A stretch of DNA of 64,000 nucleotides from Pocillopora damicornis (lineage: Eukaryota): contig NW_020844929.1 in NCBI RefSeq assembly GCF_003704095.1, positions 1 to 64,000 of the forward strand, written 5' to 3'. The position numbers were made by a program, and so were the translations under genes. Numbering within the stretch: the first letter of the stretch is position 1; each line of letters opens with the position of its first letter. The notes under the pieces are model-generated. The model made no database searches and was not told where the DNA came from. It saw only the letters and a program-made list of their open reading frames with translations. Below, piece by piece: positions 38,159-51,312 of this stretch.

Positions 38159-40921
38159 TGTCGTTCATTTCTCGAAAATATTTCGGCACTTCAATTGTAA
38201 ATATTAACTTAACAGGTTTAGTGAAGAGAGCATCTGATTAAGGCTGAGCGAATGGCATTGACACGGGTGAATATTACAATATTAAGATGGCTTGCGCTTC
38301 ACATCGCTGGCGGTGTGTAATATATTCAGAAACAACAGTATTTTTGTAGTGTTACGTATGTGCGCATACTGGCCAAACTCGTAAATTGTATTCCAGCTAT
38401 AAACTGTCATGCTCTGTCCTCCGATTGGCTAGATTTAAAAAAATGGAATCAAAGCCGAAACGAATCCATTGAGCAGAACAACTTAAATGTGTTTTCCGAT
38501 CTCTTTTGCAGGGTGATTATCAACGGAAATACAGATTTCTGTCCGCGATTCCCTATTTGTCCACGCATTTGCTATATGGTTAAATGTCCGATGCTTTTAC
38601 CGTAATTTTGCCCATTTTGTAAACAATACGTCAAAAGATTGAACCTTTGACGCATTTTGTATTTAAATCAATAGGTGTACGGGAAGTCATAGATAGACTT
38701 TCGGTTGAATTTCCATACGTTTCTGACAGCGATTATCAATTATTAACAACATTTCAATTTCAATATGTCTACAATCAAAATGAAACGGAAGCGATTACTA
38801 AAATTAACATTTTCCTTCAAAAAAAAGAAGGAAAAAAAATGTTGATAAGGATTACTCAGCCTCTTCTATGATTGTGTTGGGCCAACAGCTGAAAACAAAA
38901 AATTTGCTATGCGATATATTTGATGTTAATTGGCATTCACGTGCATTCACTTTACCAATATTAGCCGCTTTCATCTGTCTTCCAATTTCTTTTTCATTCA
39001 TTTTTAAATTTCAGAAACGCAAACGATAATCAAAACTCAGGATAACCTAACATTTTTATGAGATAAAAAAAAAAAAAAGAAATTATCCTAAGAGAGATGT
39101 TATAGGTTTTTTATATCGTTATGAGTTAGTTGGAGTCGCTCAGACGAGAGACAATTTAATGCGGATTTCACTTGAAGGGAAAGATACTGGTCTCGCTTAA
39201 AACTGTATTGGCCTGTGATATCATGCTACTGTTAGTTGCTATATCGCTGACTCATGTCGTAATGCCACGCTGATCGGCGGCGTGCGTGTTCCGAACAGTG
39301 CAACGGAAAATCGGCCCGTTTTAAAGAGAACGGATAAAAACAGCCATAGCAGAATATTCCTACCAAAAAATGAAACTCACTTTTATTCGCCCATTTCTTT
39401 CGCCGGGGCTCATGAAATAAATGAATATACAAAATCTCAATGTAATCGAGTCATCCGTCTTCTGTCTGGTATATTTCTTCACAAAACTTCTTTGGCAATT
39501 TTGTTTTGTTTCCTTTTTTTTTAATCTAAAAGCAACCCTATGAAGTGAAGCAATCATGTTCCTTCCTGCGGTTAAACAAAACAAAATACATTTAAGAGCT
39601 AAATAGAAAACAATCAGTTTATTTATTTTTTTACTGAAAAACTGTTTACAGTGTTATTAATATCAACTTGAAAATATTTCAGTAGTGGCAAAAGCTGGAA
39701 GATAAGAAGTGCGTGCCCGGTTAAATGCCGGCTCGCATTACTGCTCTTCCACCGCAGAACTAATTTCAAAAAGTGATTAAAACTGTTTGGTTCTTTCGTA
39801 TGATGATTCAATGGATTTTCAAGGGGCATTACTCTTCTGACTGAAGCGATGGACGATGTAGTCATGAAGTCTTTTTACTTCTATCAGCCTGTTCACCTCT
39901 CCTTTCCAACTTTCCAAGTCTCCTTTCAGCTTTCCACGTCTCCTATGAAAAGAAGAAAAAAAAAAAAACGACATGACAATAAATTCAAATTCTAATTTTT
40001 AATAGAGTATTACCTTGCGTTGAAACAATCTAAATATTTTACTGGAATAGCTGTTGTTATCAATAATGTTACCGTTTCTGCTTCTTTTGGAACTCCTTCC
40101 TACTGACTGAAGTGACAGATCGTGTTTTTACCTCGTCGATCAATGGCAGGGTCTGCCAGTGTACGTAAAAGTGATAGAGCCAGAATTTGTCTTGACTTTA
40201 TTGACCTATTATCGTTTACGTTGGTACCTGTCTCAAGACGCTTTAACAGACTAAGCAGTTTTAGAACATATCAATGTCGCGTCATTTACACTTACAAAAC
40301 AAAAAAGTGTCTATCAGGAACCATGATTCTGTTCAAAATTTTACACTCAGGGTTAAATCACCCATCAAATGTTCTTGAAGTCAGTTAAAAACTGTCAACG
40401 ACATCAAAGGAAGTGGGAACGCTGAACTTAAGGCAATTTTTGTTTTAAGTTGTCTACTCTGTTTGAATTTGGCCCAAATGTTATCATTTTACGTTTGACT
40501 TTTTTATTGTAATGGCGCCATTCTACATAATTCACGCTAATTTTGAAGTATTATTGATTGTTAACTTGCCATAGCGCTGTTGTAATTAAACTCGCAGAAA
40601 CAACGCTTTTGAAACACCTTGTCGCAGTACTTTATCATTATTACTTTTCACTTACATGTTCGGCTAGCTCAAATGATGGTTTATTTTATTTCCTAAAAAA
40701 ATGAAAACTTTATAATGAAGAAAGTCCAAGAGAGTTTTTGCATCCACAGATATCTTTCGCCATCCAAGAAATCGACTCATTCTAACCAGTGGAATAAAAC
40801 TTCACAAACCCCTTTCCCACTAGCTACTAAAGGCAAATGTCCCTTTTCTGAAAAAAAATTGTAGCAGGTGAGCTGCAATTTTAGCCAGTACAGGAAAGAA
40901 GCCTGAATAAGAAATATTTAA

Positions 40922-40993
40922 GGCTTCGACGGGTTTCAAACCTGTGCCTCCCAGACACTAGTTAAGCGCTACTACCGACCGAGCTACGAAGCC
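40922..40993 (-). mobile_element. tRNA-derived SINE head
   Basis: Minus strand ggcttcg-tagctcggtcggt (A box)...ggtttgaaacc (B-box-like)-cgtcgaagcc, with a 7-bp acceptor-like stem but a degenerate anticodon/T arm. Confidence 0.65.
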
Positions 40994-42114
40994 GCAGGTT
41001 GGGAGCGAGGCAAATTTTAGCGAGGATCCTTGTGTTTTCTATTGTCCTTCATAACTGAAAGCGAAGAAAAGAGTAACGCGAAGGAAGTCTCTTTGCGTTC
41101 AAACTGTCCTTTCACCTGTTAGGAACTCATACAATGATGTCATATGCCATTGCTTTTTTTTTTAAATTTTAATCTTAATTTTTGTGAGAATAACTAAGCC
41201 ATGGTAATCATTTATAGATGAGTAGACTTACCGAAAAAAAAAAACCTTGATTCCTAAAATAACTAGTTGAATTTTACTAAACTGCGAATTATCTAGCCAA
41301 TAAAAAATGAAAACGAAAAAAGAAAAGAAAATTAACAAACATTTCGAGCCATGACCTCGTCGAAGGGTGTAGATTCAACACTACTTACTTAACTGAAAAT
41401 AATCACCGACGCTTAGGATCCAAGAGGAACTCTACACCGGGAGGATATTGTCACCAGAGAACCGGCGCTGATTGTAATATCATCAAATTAAGAAAACTGC
41501 ACGAAATATTTTTTAAAATATTCTTGCGGCTATCTCTTCCATAATGGAACTTCTCCTCATACAGTAGATATTTAAAAAGTCTTTTATTCGGCATGTTGAA
41601 TTCTATCCTCGGTATTTTTAGCCCTCGAGTTTTCGTGTGCTCTATATTGACACAGTTGATTTGTAAATATACGATGTGTATATGTTTTGTTTACAGCAAT
41701 GTTTAACAAGGATTGACACGATCATTTTTCTAATCTTTTTTCGACTTTTTGTCCTTTGGAAAATCTCCCTTTTACTGTTCCGCACCACATACGTACAGCT
41801 ATTATTGTTAATCATTACGATCATTTTGAAAGTTTAGAGTTGAAAAAAGACATTTTGTCATTAATTATTTAGCAAAACGCATTAGCCTGCGGAACATGCT
41901 GCCTAAACAACCATCAAAAAATTGAAGATTGTTTTTCATTAGAAAGACATACCTGTCACATTACTTAATTAGAGCAGACCATCAGGCGGTTATAACAATT
42001 AATAGCCATAGTTATAAATTATGTCGTGTTTTATGTTATATTTCATTCATTGAGGCACGCTCTCAGGGTTCATCCGATCTTGTCAGTCCGTTCGTCCGTT
42101 CATTTTTCGCAGTA

Positions 42115-43091
42115 ATGTACAGACTATCACTCGTTTTGGTTTGCGTTTACATCGCTGTTTCAGTAATGCTGTTGACTTGCCCTCGAGATACTGAAGCTTC
42201 TGCTCTAACACCCTACGGAAAGAGATCACAGGTAAAAGTAATAAATTTACCTTAGTAAAAATGAAAAGAAATTAAGGAGTCAAGTTTCTTAGCCATACCT
42301 ATAGTAGGAATTAAGATCCGCATGTTTGACTGTGAAAATCTTCAGTTGAAAGTTATCACGGGCTGAGGTCTTTAAAAACTGAACTTGGTATTGTTTTGAT
42401 AACTTTTTGGTGTTTAATTTCTGTATTATGATGGGGAAAAAATCTTTTGCAACGAGAATACATTGGAAACTTAGGACATTATCATTATAAAAAGATTCGT
42501 AAAACGTGCCAAAGTGCAGGATGGAGAACATCTCGGTGTCTGTCCAGATCAAAAAGAAAAAATAAATGAAGGAGATAAATGCTTAGCGATTTAAACAACC
42601 TTCGAAATTATAAATTACAAGAAATTGTTAAAAGAAACCTTATTAGGAACTTGCCTTTAAAATGTGTTTAAATGTTGGAAGTCTTTTTGAATGATTAGGA
42701 GGTTTATTTCTCTGAAACGGATTTTTAGTCACCTGCTTTGACTTATGTGCAATGCTGTTGTTGGAGTAAAATGCATAAAAAAAAAAAGAATGAAAAAAAT
42801 GGCGAAATAGTTCAAGTATTAATTAGCATTTAGATTTTCTCGTCATCTCAGCCGATCTAAAAGTTTCAGTAATTTAGGCTGATTTAAAACAATTTAGGGG
42901 CGGCATTTGACTTTTAATTATTTCTTTGACTTTATGACTCCACTAGTGCAATTAGTTGTGTTTAATAGCATGTTTATGTCTGTGTTCAGGTGTTTCGTTA
43001 CAAGAGAAGCATCTGTCAGGCAGCCAGAGCGCTGAGGTGCGACAGTGAAGAAAATCCGATGAGACGAGACCTAGGAGCAGATGACATTTGA
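42115..43091 (+). CDS. Neuropeptide precursor, 72 aa, predicted SALTPYamide; 2 coding exons
   Basis: Exons 42115-42231 and 42990-43091 (phase 0, GT-AG): MYRLSLVLVCVYIAVSVMLLTCPRDTEA-SALTPY-GKR-SQVFRY-KR-SICQAARALRCDSEENPMRRDLGADDI*. Signal peptide, amidation/cleavage site GKR, second KR, Cys pair, and aataaa at 43186. Confidence 0.8.
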
Positions 43092-45362
43092 TGGTGTCAC
43101 TGATAAATTGCGAGGCCCTTTACACTAATTATTATGTCATGAATCATGAAGTCTTTAAGTCAAATATTTAAATTAGTTTTACGCCAATAAAACAAGAACT
43201 CATTGGGTACCAGACGTGTGGTTCATTAAAAGTTCGTTGTCAATTTTTTTTCTAAAATATTTGTTCTTTCATCACGACGACAATAAGCCTCTTTGCATTT
43301 GATTTGTTTTTGTGTCCCTTTTTCTACCCATAACGAAAGCCAAGCTCTCTTAAATCCTGCTCTCTTCTGAAAAAACGGGCCAAAGCCATTACCTTAAAGT
43401 TTAGCTTAAAACTTTGATCATTAAAGCAGTCTTTATCAGACTGTTTATGTAAAGCTTGAGCTGCCACGATTAAAACCATCTTGAACCTTAAAAAAAAGGT
43501 TTGCTCTAAAAATAGGTTTCCAAACATGAGCAAAGTGAAAAGTGAATACATACGCAATACTCATTTTCTTGTCTGATCCTCATTTCAAAGGAGCTCTTCA
43601 CAATCAATCTTAACAATCAATCAGTAAATTGGAAGGTATTATTTTCATGCAAGAGATTATTTTCTTGATTCATTTAAACTCCAAAATTGGTAATTTTTGA
43701 ACTGTGCGAAATTACCTTTTGATTAAGAATAAAAGTAATGATAGAGATAAAATTATGCCAAAAAAAAAAAAAGAAAAATAGAAAATTGTCGACAAGTGTT
43801 CAAAAAAGTTCGTTAGGTTGATGAGCGTCATAATACAGAAGCATGAGACTGTTTACATATTCGTATAGCATCTGCATTTGTTATCATTAGGTCGCAAAGT
43901 AATCTTTACTGAGGCGAGCTCAGAAGCGATAATTGTGGCGCTTTTTTCGGGTTGTGGCGCTTTCTTCAGGCATCTCCGTTTGCAAAAACCGTTGTGACGC
44001 AAACTAATCATTCGGGGTACACCGATGACCTAGTTACACAATGATTATCTTGTTTACATCGTTTATTTGCTATTTGCCGTCATGATTGAACCACACAGAA
44101 ATTAAAATTTGTTCCAAATTTACACATAGAGAAGGCAATTGTTTACTTTACATGCGCTGGGACGACATCATACTCCTAAATTGGAAGTCCATGTTTATTG
44201 CATATTGGGGTATGGTGTAATAATTATATCAAGAAAGAAAAAACAATAACAACAAAAGAAACCAGTTATCGAATTTATGAGCAACATTAAGCCTGGTTTT
44301 CCTCACCTAAATAAGCATAATAGCATTCAACTCCTCTGCTCCCATCCAGACTTCTTGCAACGGCCGGACGCTCTCTCGTCTTCGCAGAACGCCTGCGCTG
44401 CAGGCTAATTTGGTAGTAGCACCCAGCTGGTATTTGGGAGGAACCTGTTCGAATTCTATCGAATTTTGAATTTATTCGGGCTCTCCTTAACAGAAGTTCA
44501 AGATGTCACTAGAGTTTCAACATTTTTACTTAAAAAGCCACCAAAGAAATTGGCAGATTATCAAAGAATTTGCGATCAGATCTTATGGCCTGCTCCTTTA
44601 TCCTAAGCAACCAATCCGATATGGGCGGGTCAAATGGATAGCTCCTCCTGATATTGAAAAGTTTTTGGCTTTCCGAAATTCCTGTTATTAAGCGCCTAAT
44701 AAAGAATAACACTTTGGAAACCGATTTAAACTGCTACTATTCTGAAATTTACTGTAACACCATGCATAAATAATGACAGTCTGTTTGTTGTCATGGAGAT
44801 GTGCCTTTACATCCAGTTATTTCATCCGCTGAAACGTTCTACAAGATTGCAATGGAAGTAGGTGCGGTGTTGAAACGCGAAACTGGCCGTGCAAGTAAAT
44901 AAAATGCTAATTATACCCAGCTGTCGGTTGATTTGTTTGCATTATGTCAATTTTTTACCTCAAAACGTAATGAATTGTACGCTTCAACGTATAATTTTGT
45001 CAAACCTTAAACAGTCAAATCTCAAGCAGTAGTGATCTGTACCGTCATCAACTTACAGCTAATATTAAAATGAAACAGTTTCTCTCGATCTCACTATCAC
45101 CGATTACAGCAATGTTCCGGTTGGGTTGACCTATTAACAGAAAGGCTTGAGATGAACAGTGATGCGTTTTTCATGACTGTTGTCGTAGAGGTTGACACTT
45201 CTTGTGCGACTGTCTGAAACGATCTTGAACTCGGTGCAAAGCGCTGACTCGCGTCACAGGTCAACTTGAAACAACCTTTTATCTTAATTACCCCGAAATT
45301 AGTTGGAATCCTTAAGCCACCATAAGACTCCAGTTGTTTTATTTAAGCTCAGTGGTAAAACA

Positions 45363-46320
45363 ATGGGCAAGCTGTGTACGTCGTCGAAGAAAGGAACCCA
45401 ACGTAAACACCAATTTTCAGGTAACTTCAAACTTGTAGATAAAACGACCTCGTTAGTCGTCATAACCCCGCTGAATCTAAATTTTTCTACTTAAAGTGAA
45501 GAGAACACCAGCTGGATCAAATGGATTTTCTGACAAATGGATTTGCGAGAACCAAGAAATTTCCGAAATACATTATGCTTTAAAGGGAAAAGAAACCAAC
45601 ATGAAAGAAAATCGTTGCTCTGAAGGTCATTTTCCTCAAGTGGTAGAAGGTCTGGAATCGCAGACCAGTCAAGCGGTAAGCACAAAACAAATGGAACATT
45701 CTGATCAAAGACAGGTGCAGAATCAAAGTACGATTAAGGAATTTCAGCTTAAACAAAAGCAACTAATTCCAAGGATAAAGCTGCCATTTCCACCATCTAC
45801 TCCTAAGAACAAGGACCACGATGCTATGCCTACATTTCGACAACGAAAGTTCAGAGTTGATTGCCCTGGCTCCCCGCTCAGTGAGGCGCGTGAAATAAGA
45901 GTTAAAAACCGTTTCCCTGTGACCATCTCCGTTGATACTTTCCCTGTTACCGGTAATCCGGCTCCGTATAGTTGGTCGACAGACTCTAATGACGAAGAAT
46001 GCAACAAAAATGACGTAGAAGGGGTAAAGGAAGTAAGAAACAATGTTGAGGGTCTCTTGGGTCTCAATTCTCCAATGTCACGCCTTTGGGATTCTGTCAC
46101 GACATCTGTCACGTCGATTAGTAACCCTCATATTTATAAGAGCCGTGGTCCCCATCCCATCGACTCTTTTGCGCAAAGACCTCTGGAATGGAACGCAAAA
46201 CTTTGTCGTCAAAAACTAGAGCTAGCGGACAGCTTTGATTCTCAGCGCGGTAAAGATTCCGCCCTGGCGAGACAGATGATCAAAAACTGGCTTACTGACG
46301 TTAATATTAGATCTAAATAA
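45363..46320 (+). CDS. Orphan disordered protein, 293 aa, with N-myristoylation-type start and C-terminal IxxWL helix; 2 exons
   Basis: Exon 45363-45420 (MGKLCTSSKKGTQRKHQFS + G), a 76-nt GT-AG intron (45421-45496), and exon 45497-46320 in frame with the 274-codon ORF; ends ARQMIKNWLTDVNIRSK*. Confidence 0.75.
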
Positions 46321-49300
46321 GTCCAGGGCACGAAGATTTCAGTTATTTTTGGTTTTGGTTTCGTTATTTTAAACTACCAACTAAAAGCTGAATTGTAACA
46401 TAGCTATTAGATCCGTTCTTCAAATTCAGAGGCGTGAGCGTTCTTCACATTCCCTTGTGTAGGCTGATGACAAGTACGGTTGTATCAGAAGTTTAATTAT
46501 ATCAGAGGAACTTTTTCACCGACCGTGCTTTCTGCCTAGGCAGTGCTTCTTTGAAGTCACCCTTCGTTTGGGTCTATAGAAAAAAAGTTGTTGTTACTCG
46601 ACGTATTTTTGCAGAATCGACACTAAATTACTCCTAAATAAGCCATTTTTAGCGGAAAACTCTATTTTGGAAAATACAAAATTGTTTGGAAAGCGTTGTA
46701 AATGTTTACTCTACCGCATTGAAAATGATCTTAATAATCGCATAATGTGTCGGCTGTGCGTTCATCGAGACATGAAGCACATGAAAAGTTCAAGCTGAGA
46801 ACCTCTGTTTCCGCGAGCTTATGCCTCGACGAACGCTTACGAATGAGCCAGTCGTTTGCATCTTATACACAAAAATACACGGTATTATGTATCTTTTTTT
46901 AAAACGGGGGACAAAGGGTTGGCTGGCACTATGGACCCTTTTGGATGATTGATATGAGGCAGAATAATCCGGTTCAGCGCTAGACACACTTGGCGGAGCA
47001 GAACCTCTTCTTCACTAAATACAGAAGGCAAAATAGGAGCTGAAATCTTATTTTGCACATTTATTTATTATCATTATTTTCAAGTACAATCCTGCAGCAA
47101 GATTGGGTACTCTGACTGTAATGGTATTCTTTTCTTTTTCTTTGCAACTAAGACGGATTAAGTATCCTCTCTTGGCAACATATTTTCGCTTAATCTCACA
47201 GATGCTTTTGTCCTTGTATTTTTCTTAGCTCATACGCACGCAATCTGCAGTCCCCTGATCTGCTTAATTAGCTTAGGGTTTGATGTTAAATAATCATTTA
47301 TCATCTCCTACTTTTGATGTCAACGTTATTTCTTTTAGCCTGAAAGAAATTGTGGCGCGGTTATTTTGCATTTCTTTTCAACTTATATTATTTTGCTGCG
47401 ATATGCAATTTTCACAAAAAAAATTTTATTTGTTGAGCATTGACATATCAGTGTTAATGGTTGTCGCTGTAGTAGATAAGGTAAGGGCAGCCTGTCGTTG
47501 CAGATCTGTTGTTACAGCCCGTGGTAAACTGTACCTCTCACTTAGGCAGTTTATTGTTATTTCAGCTTCACCTCTAGATCTGAGCCGTGTTACCCACCTC
47601 GAAGCCACTTAACCGTGGATTCACACACTTCAGTAGCTTGGAATGTTGCTGCACAGCCCCCAATCAAACACAAGCGTGTTTACTAAGGAAAAAAAAATTA
47701 TATGTTAGTCAGCTACGTAGTATCTACATGACGAATAATACCTTTTGTCATCTTAGTCTAACGTTATTGTTCTTTCTGAAAAATCTGTCATCATGCTATG
47801 TTTGAAACGAAATAAAGAAGCTCACAATACCTCGGATAATCTGAGCACAGGAACTGTATTTGTCCAGCTATCAAAGCAGAGAATAAGTCTCTGGAAAAAG
47901 TGATTTGTATTACTTTCTAAAATCCTCCTTTCAAATACTCAAACGTTTCCGGTAGCATTGTATTTCAATATACAGATTTAATTTTAAAAAAGTACATGCG
48001 GATCTTCATGACCACGCAGTTTTTATCCATTCTATGTTCCAGTGCTGATTCAAGCTTAAATTTGTTACACAAGACACTGGAAACAAATACATTCGTTGAA
48101 TTCAATCACCTAACACACCTTAAAGAAATGTAACCGTAGTACATTCTGCACTATACTGCTTGGCCGTTTTCTGCTCTTGTTGAGCAACACAACCGAAGCA
48201 AAGGCATCAGCGGAGACTGCACTTGTAGTGCAATACTTTCTTCTTCCAAATGAGATCATTCTACTTACGTGGTCTAGAACTGAACACATTCAAAATTAAT
48301 ATACGTTGTTAACTTTTTCTTCCAATACATGGATAGGCCGAGAACTTGAGGTGACGTCAAGATCAGGTAGATCGTGTAGGGGCTGGTAACTATACAACGC
48401 CTTATCGACTTTCATAGTCAATGAAGCATTCTGTCTTTCGTAAATAAGTGATGGACCCTCACAGGCTGTTTAAATGGCCTTTTTGTGAAATTGCTGTTCT
48501 GTTACCGCTTTTTCGTTCACAAACCACGTTTCTCTCAAATCTGTCCTCCGAGAATGTTTCTGTGATTGAAAGGGAGGGTAAACAGATTTGCTGCATCACA
48601 GGACTAACCAAAGTTGTGACATTCTCTTAATGAAGGATTAAATCGCCTCCGTTCATTCTATCTCTTCCCTCAAGCTGTTGATAGCACGGTGTTCAAACTC
48701 AAAAAGTATCCTTTTATAAAAAGATGGTTCAAAGTCATTTTGAAGTTAAGCGTGCCATGCTTCACGATCGAACCAGCGCTCACGACATCTAATAAATCAA
48801 GATCAAGAAAGATGACAAATTTTGACCTCAATTGTCCAATCAAGAATAATTTTTAAGAAGGAAGATGGATGAGGATTATTGTTTCAATTTACGTTTTTAC
48901 TCATACAAATCTTTCCATTAAGCCATGGAGATTACTTGCTTTCTCGCTTTGTTTTTTCGAGTTCTTAAGATTGGACTGCCTACAGCTCTGACTCGATGTC
49001 TAACTCTAAACTTGCTTTTCAGCGTTCCAGTGCAATGCAGCAATGTTATACAGAGATCAATATACTAGCAGATTACACATTTTGTTTATAAGGGTTGTTA
49101 GTCGAGTAACGAACTCCCTCCCTGCCATGCTTTTGACAGACCGCCAGTGCACAAAGTGTTCATGCATTCAATATGGGATGGAAAGTGAGCATGTATTAAT
49201 AGCGCTAAACAACGCTCATTGACTTTTAAGAATTTTATTCTTTCAAGTTTTGCCTCAAACATTTTCATATTATTATGAAATGAAATATATAAATCACACA

Positions 49301-50448
49301 TCGTTTTTTGAAACAAATTCCCAAACCGATAACCCACTTGACTCTTCATATGTCATAACAAGGATTTTGAGTATCATCTTCACAAAATACAAAGTAAATA
49401 CCACCCAGATACTCAGACCAAATAAATTAAATTTCAAGGAAGCTAAGCCCTTACACAAATACAAGCCGCTTTCCTGAGCGCGAATAAAACTTTCAAGGAG
49501 GCCTAACTCAGAGTCTAATTATGGTACAATCAGGCACTGTATAAATTAGAATGACACCATAGACAATGAAAAACACATGGTGTTTTGATAAAGAACTTTT
49601 GAGGGATTTTAGAATTTGGCAGTTAATTGTATCAATTTAGCTCTTCATTAGTTCGCTATATACACTCTCATTTCGCAGCTATGGACAATTATTTATAGGA
49701 CCCCGCGCCAGCCGGGGAAGACGTCTTGATTTCTCAGATCCGCTCCGGATTTGGAGGAATGCAGAGGACATTACGGGTCAGTAAAGAATCACGCGTGAAG
49801 CGGATGATTTCTGAAAGACCGTGAATAAATAACTATGGGCTGCAATTGTATTCGTTTTTCTTTGTTGCCTTACATAGGCGATGATTAAAGTGATACTGTG
49901 TAATCCTGAAGAATGCTCAGTCATCATATCGATTGATCGATCGTTATGGCATAGAAACTTCATGATACTGAAACGATAAGAAATAAATCGACAGCGGGGA
50001 ATAAAGATTATTTTCCTTCTTAAAAATAGTTCAAAGAAAGCTAACAACCGGCAATGCTTGTTCCTGTATCGCTGAAACGCCCATGTGTACTTCTTTTTTT
50101 TTCTTGTTTGTTAATCAACCAAAAAATTCAGATAATTTCTTAGGTTGTCGATTTAAACGAACAATCCAAATAGTGTTGTAGCCAGTTTTAAAGTTCAACT
50201 AAACCAAACAATTCGCAGCTTATAAGGTTGGCGTTCCTCCAGCAGACTTTTTATCATCAGTATGTATCAAAAGAACAAAGTACCGGTTAAAAGCTTTTCG
50301 TCCCAGGAACATCAGCTGGTTTGATAAATGATCAATAAAGTCAAACAGAGAGCTGATAACTTACGTGCAACATGCATGCAAAGTCTGCAAAGACTACCAA
50401 AGCGAATATTTACAGAGACATTTCCTGGAGTCTGTTTGAATCCAGCTG

Positions 50449-51312
50449 CTAAGTGATTTTAGCTTTTTCGCAGTCTTTCAGCCAATGGCAAATCATTGAG
50501 AATTTTTCGAATGTCTCCTCATCATCGTTCTGATCGATCACTCCGTCTTCGTCGCACAATTCTTCATCTAAATATTCATCGATCTTTACATTTTGAATGT
50601 GGTCGACGCATTCGTCTATTTTGTTTTCCTGGCTTGTGAACGCGGACTTTGTGTGCTTGTGGAAGGCGGAATCGTTTATACAGTCTGTTCCCGTTGTAAG
50701 AGCAAAGCCAGTTTTGATTAAAGGCAAAGAATTCGTTTTGCGAAGATGTTCTTTCTCAACGCCAATTGGTGTTGACATCCTTCTCCTACCTCCAGGTCCA
50801 AGAAGCAATGTGTTGTTATCAGGTGCAACTGGGCGGGAAAAGGCTCCATCGTAATTATTATTCATTACACCATTAGTTCCCTTCAGATCTTTAATATTCT
50901 TCTTGATAGCGTCTTCTCCTTGAGACGCATTTCGCAATGGAGGAAGACATGAGGCTGACAATACCTTAGGCAGCGTTTCCCTCGATTTATGTTCTCCTAG
51001 CACTTCAAGAAAATGTTCCGAAGGTCGTCTTACAAGGAACCCTTGATCCCCATTTGTATTGTTCGTCGGTGGTGTAAATGGAGGAGTCATGGATCTCACT
51101 TCAGACAAACTAGAGTCATGTTTGGAACTACAGGCACTCCTCGAAGATACAGAAAACATCCTTTCTCTTTTGGCAATATCATTAGCGGTTTCCTTATCGA
51201 GGTATGGTTGTTCATAGGCATGGTTGTCGCAGTTTAAAATCGTTGGAGGAGATATTTTGCCTCTTAATGGTAGGAGGCTTTTGTCTGACTTCTTCATCGA
51301 TATTTCCTTCAT
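50449..51312 (-). CDS. Orphan disordered Ser/Pro-rich protein (~287 aa from first ATG), acidic tail and C-terminal IxxWL helix
   Basis: Long ORF open from 51375, first ATG at 51312; a possible acceptor at 51366-51367 means an upstream exon may exist. Motifs RRPS, RRMS, RKTNS; ends DEETFEKFSMICHWLKDCEKAKIT*. Confidence 0.75.
   Translation of the reverse strand: MKEISMKKSDKSLLPLRGKISPPTILNCDNHAYEQPYLDKETANDIAKRERMFSVSSRSACSSKHDSSLSEVRSMTPPFTPPTNNTNGDQGFLVRRPSEHFLEVLGEHKSRETLPKVLSASCLPPLRNASQGEDAIKKNIKDLKGTNGVMNNNYDGAFSRPVAPDNNTLLLGPGGRRRMSTPIGVEKEHLRKTNSLPLIKTGFALTTGTDCINDSAFHKHTKSAFTSQENKIDECVDHIQNVKIDEYLDEELCDEDGVIDQNDDEETFEKFSMICHWLKDCEKAKIT

Noticed and set aside
40922-40993. Functional tRNA gene
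   Set aside because: The T-loop is non-canonical (ggtttgaa) and the anticodon arm pairs poorly; better explained as a SINE head.
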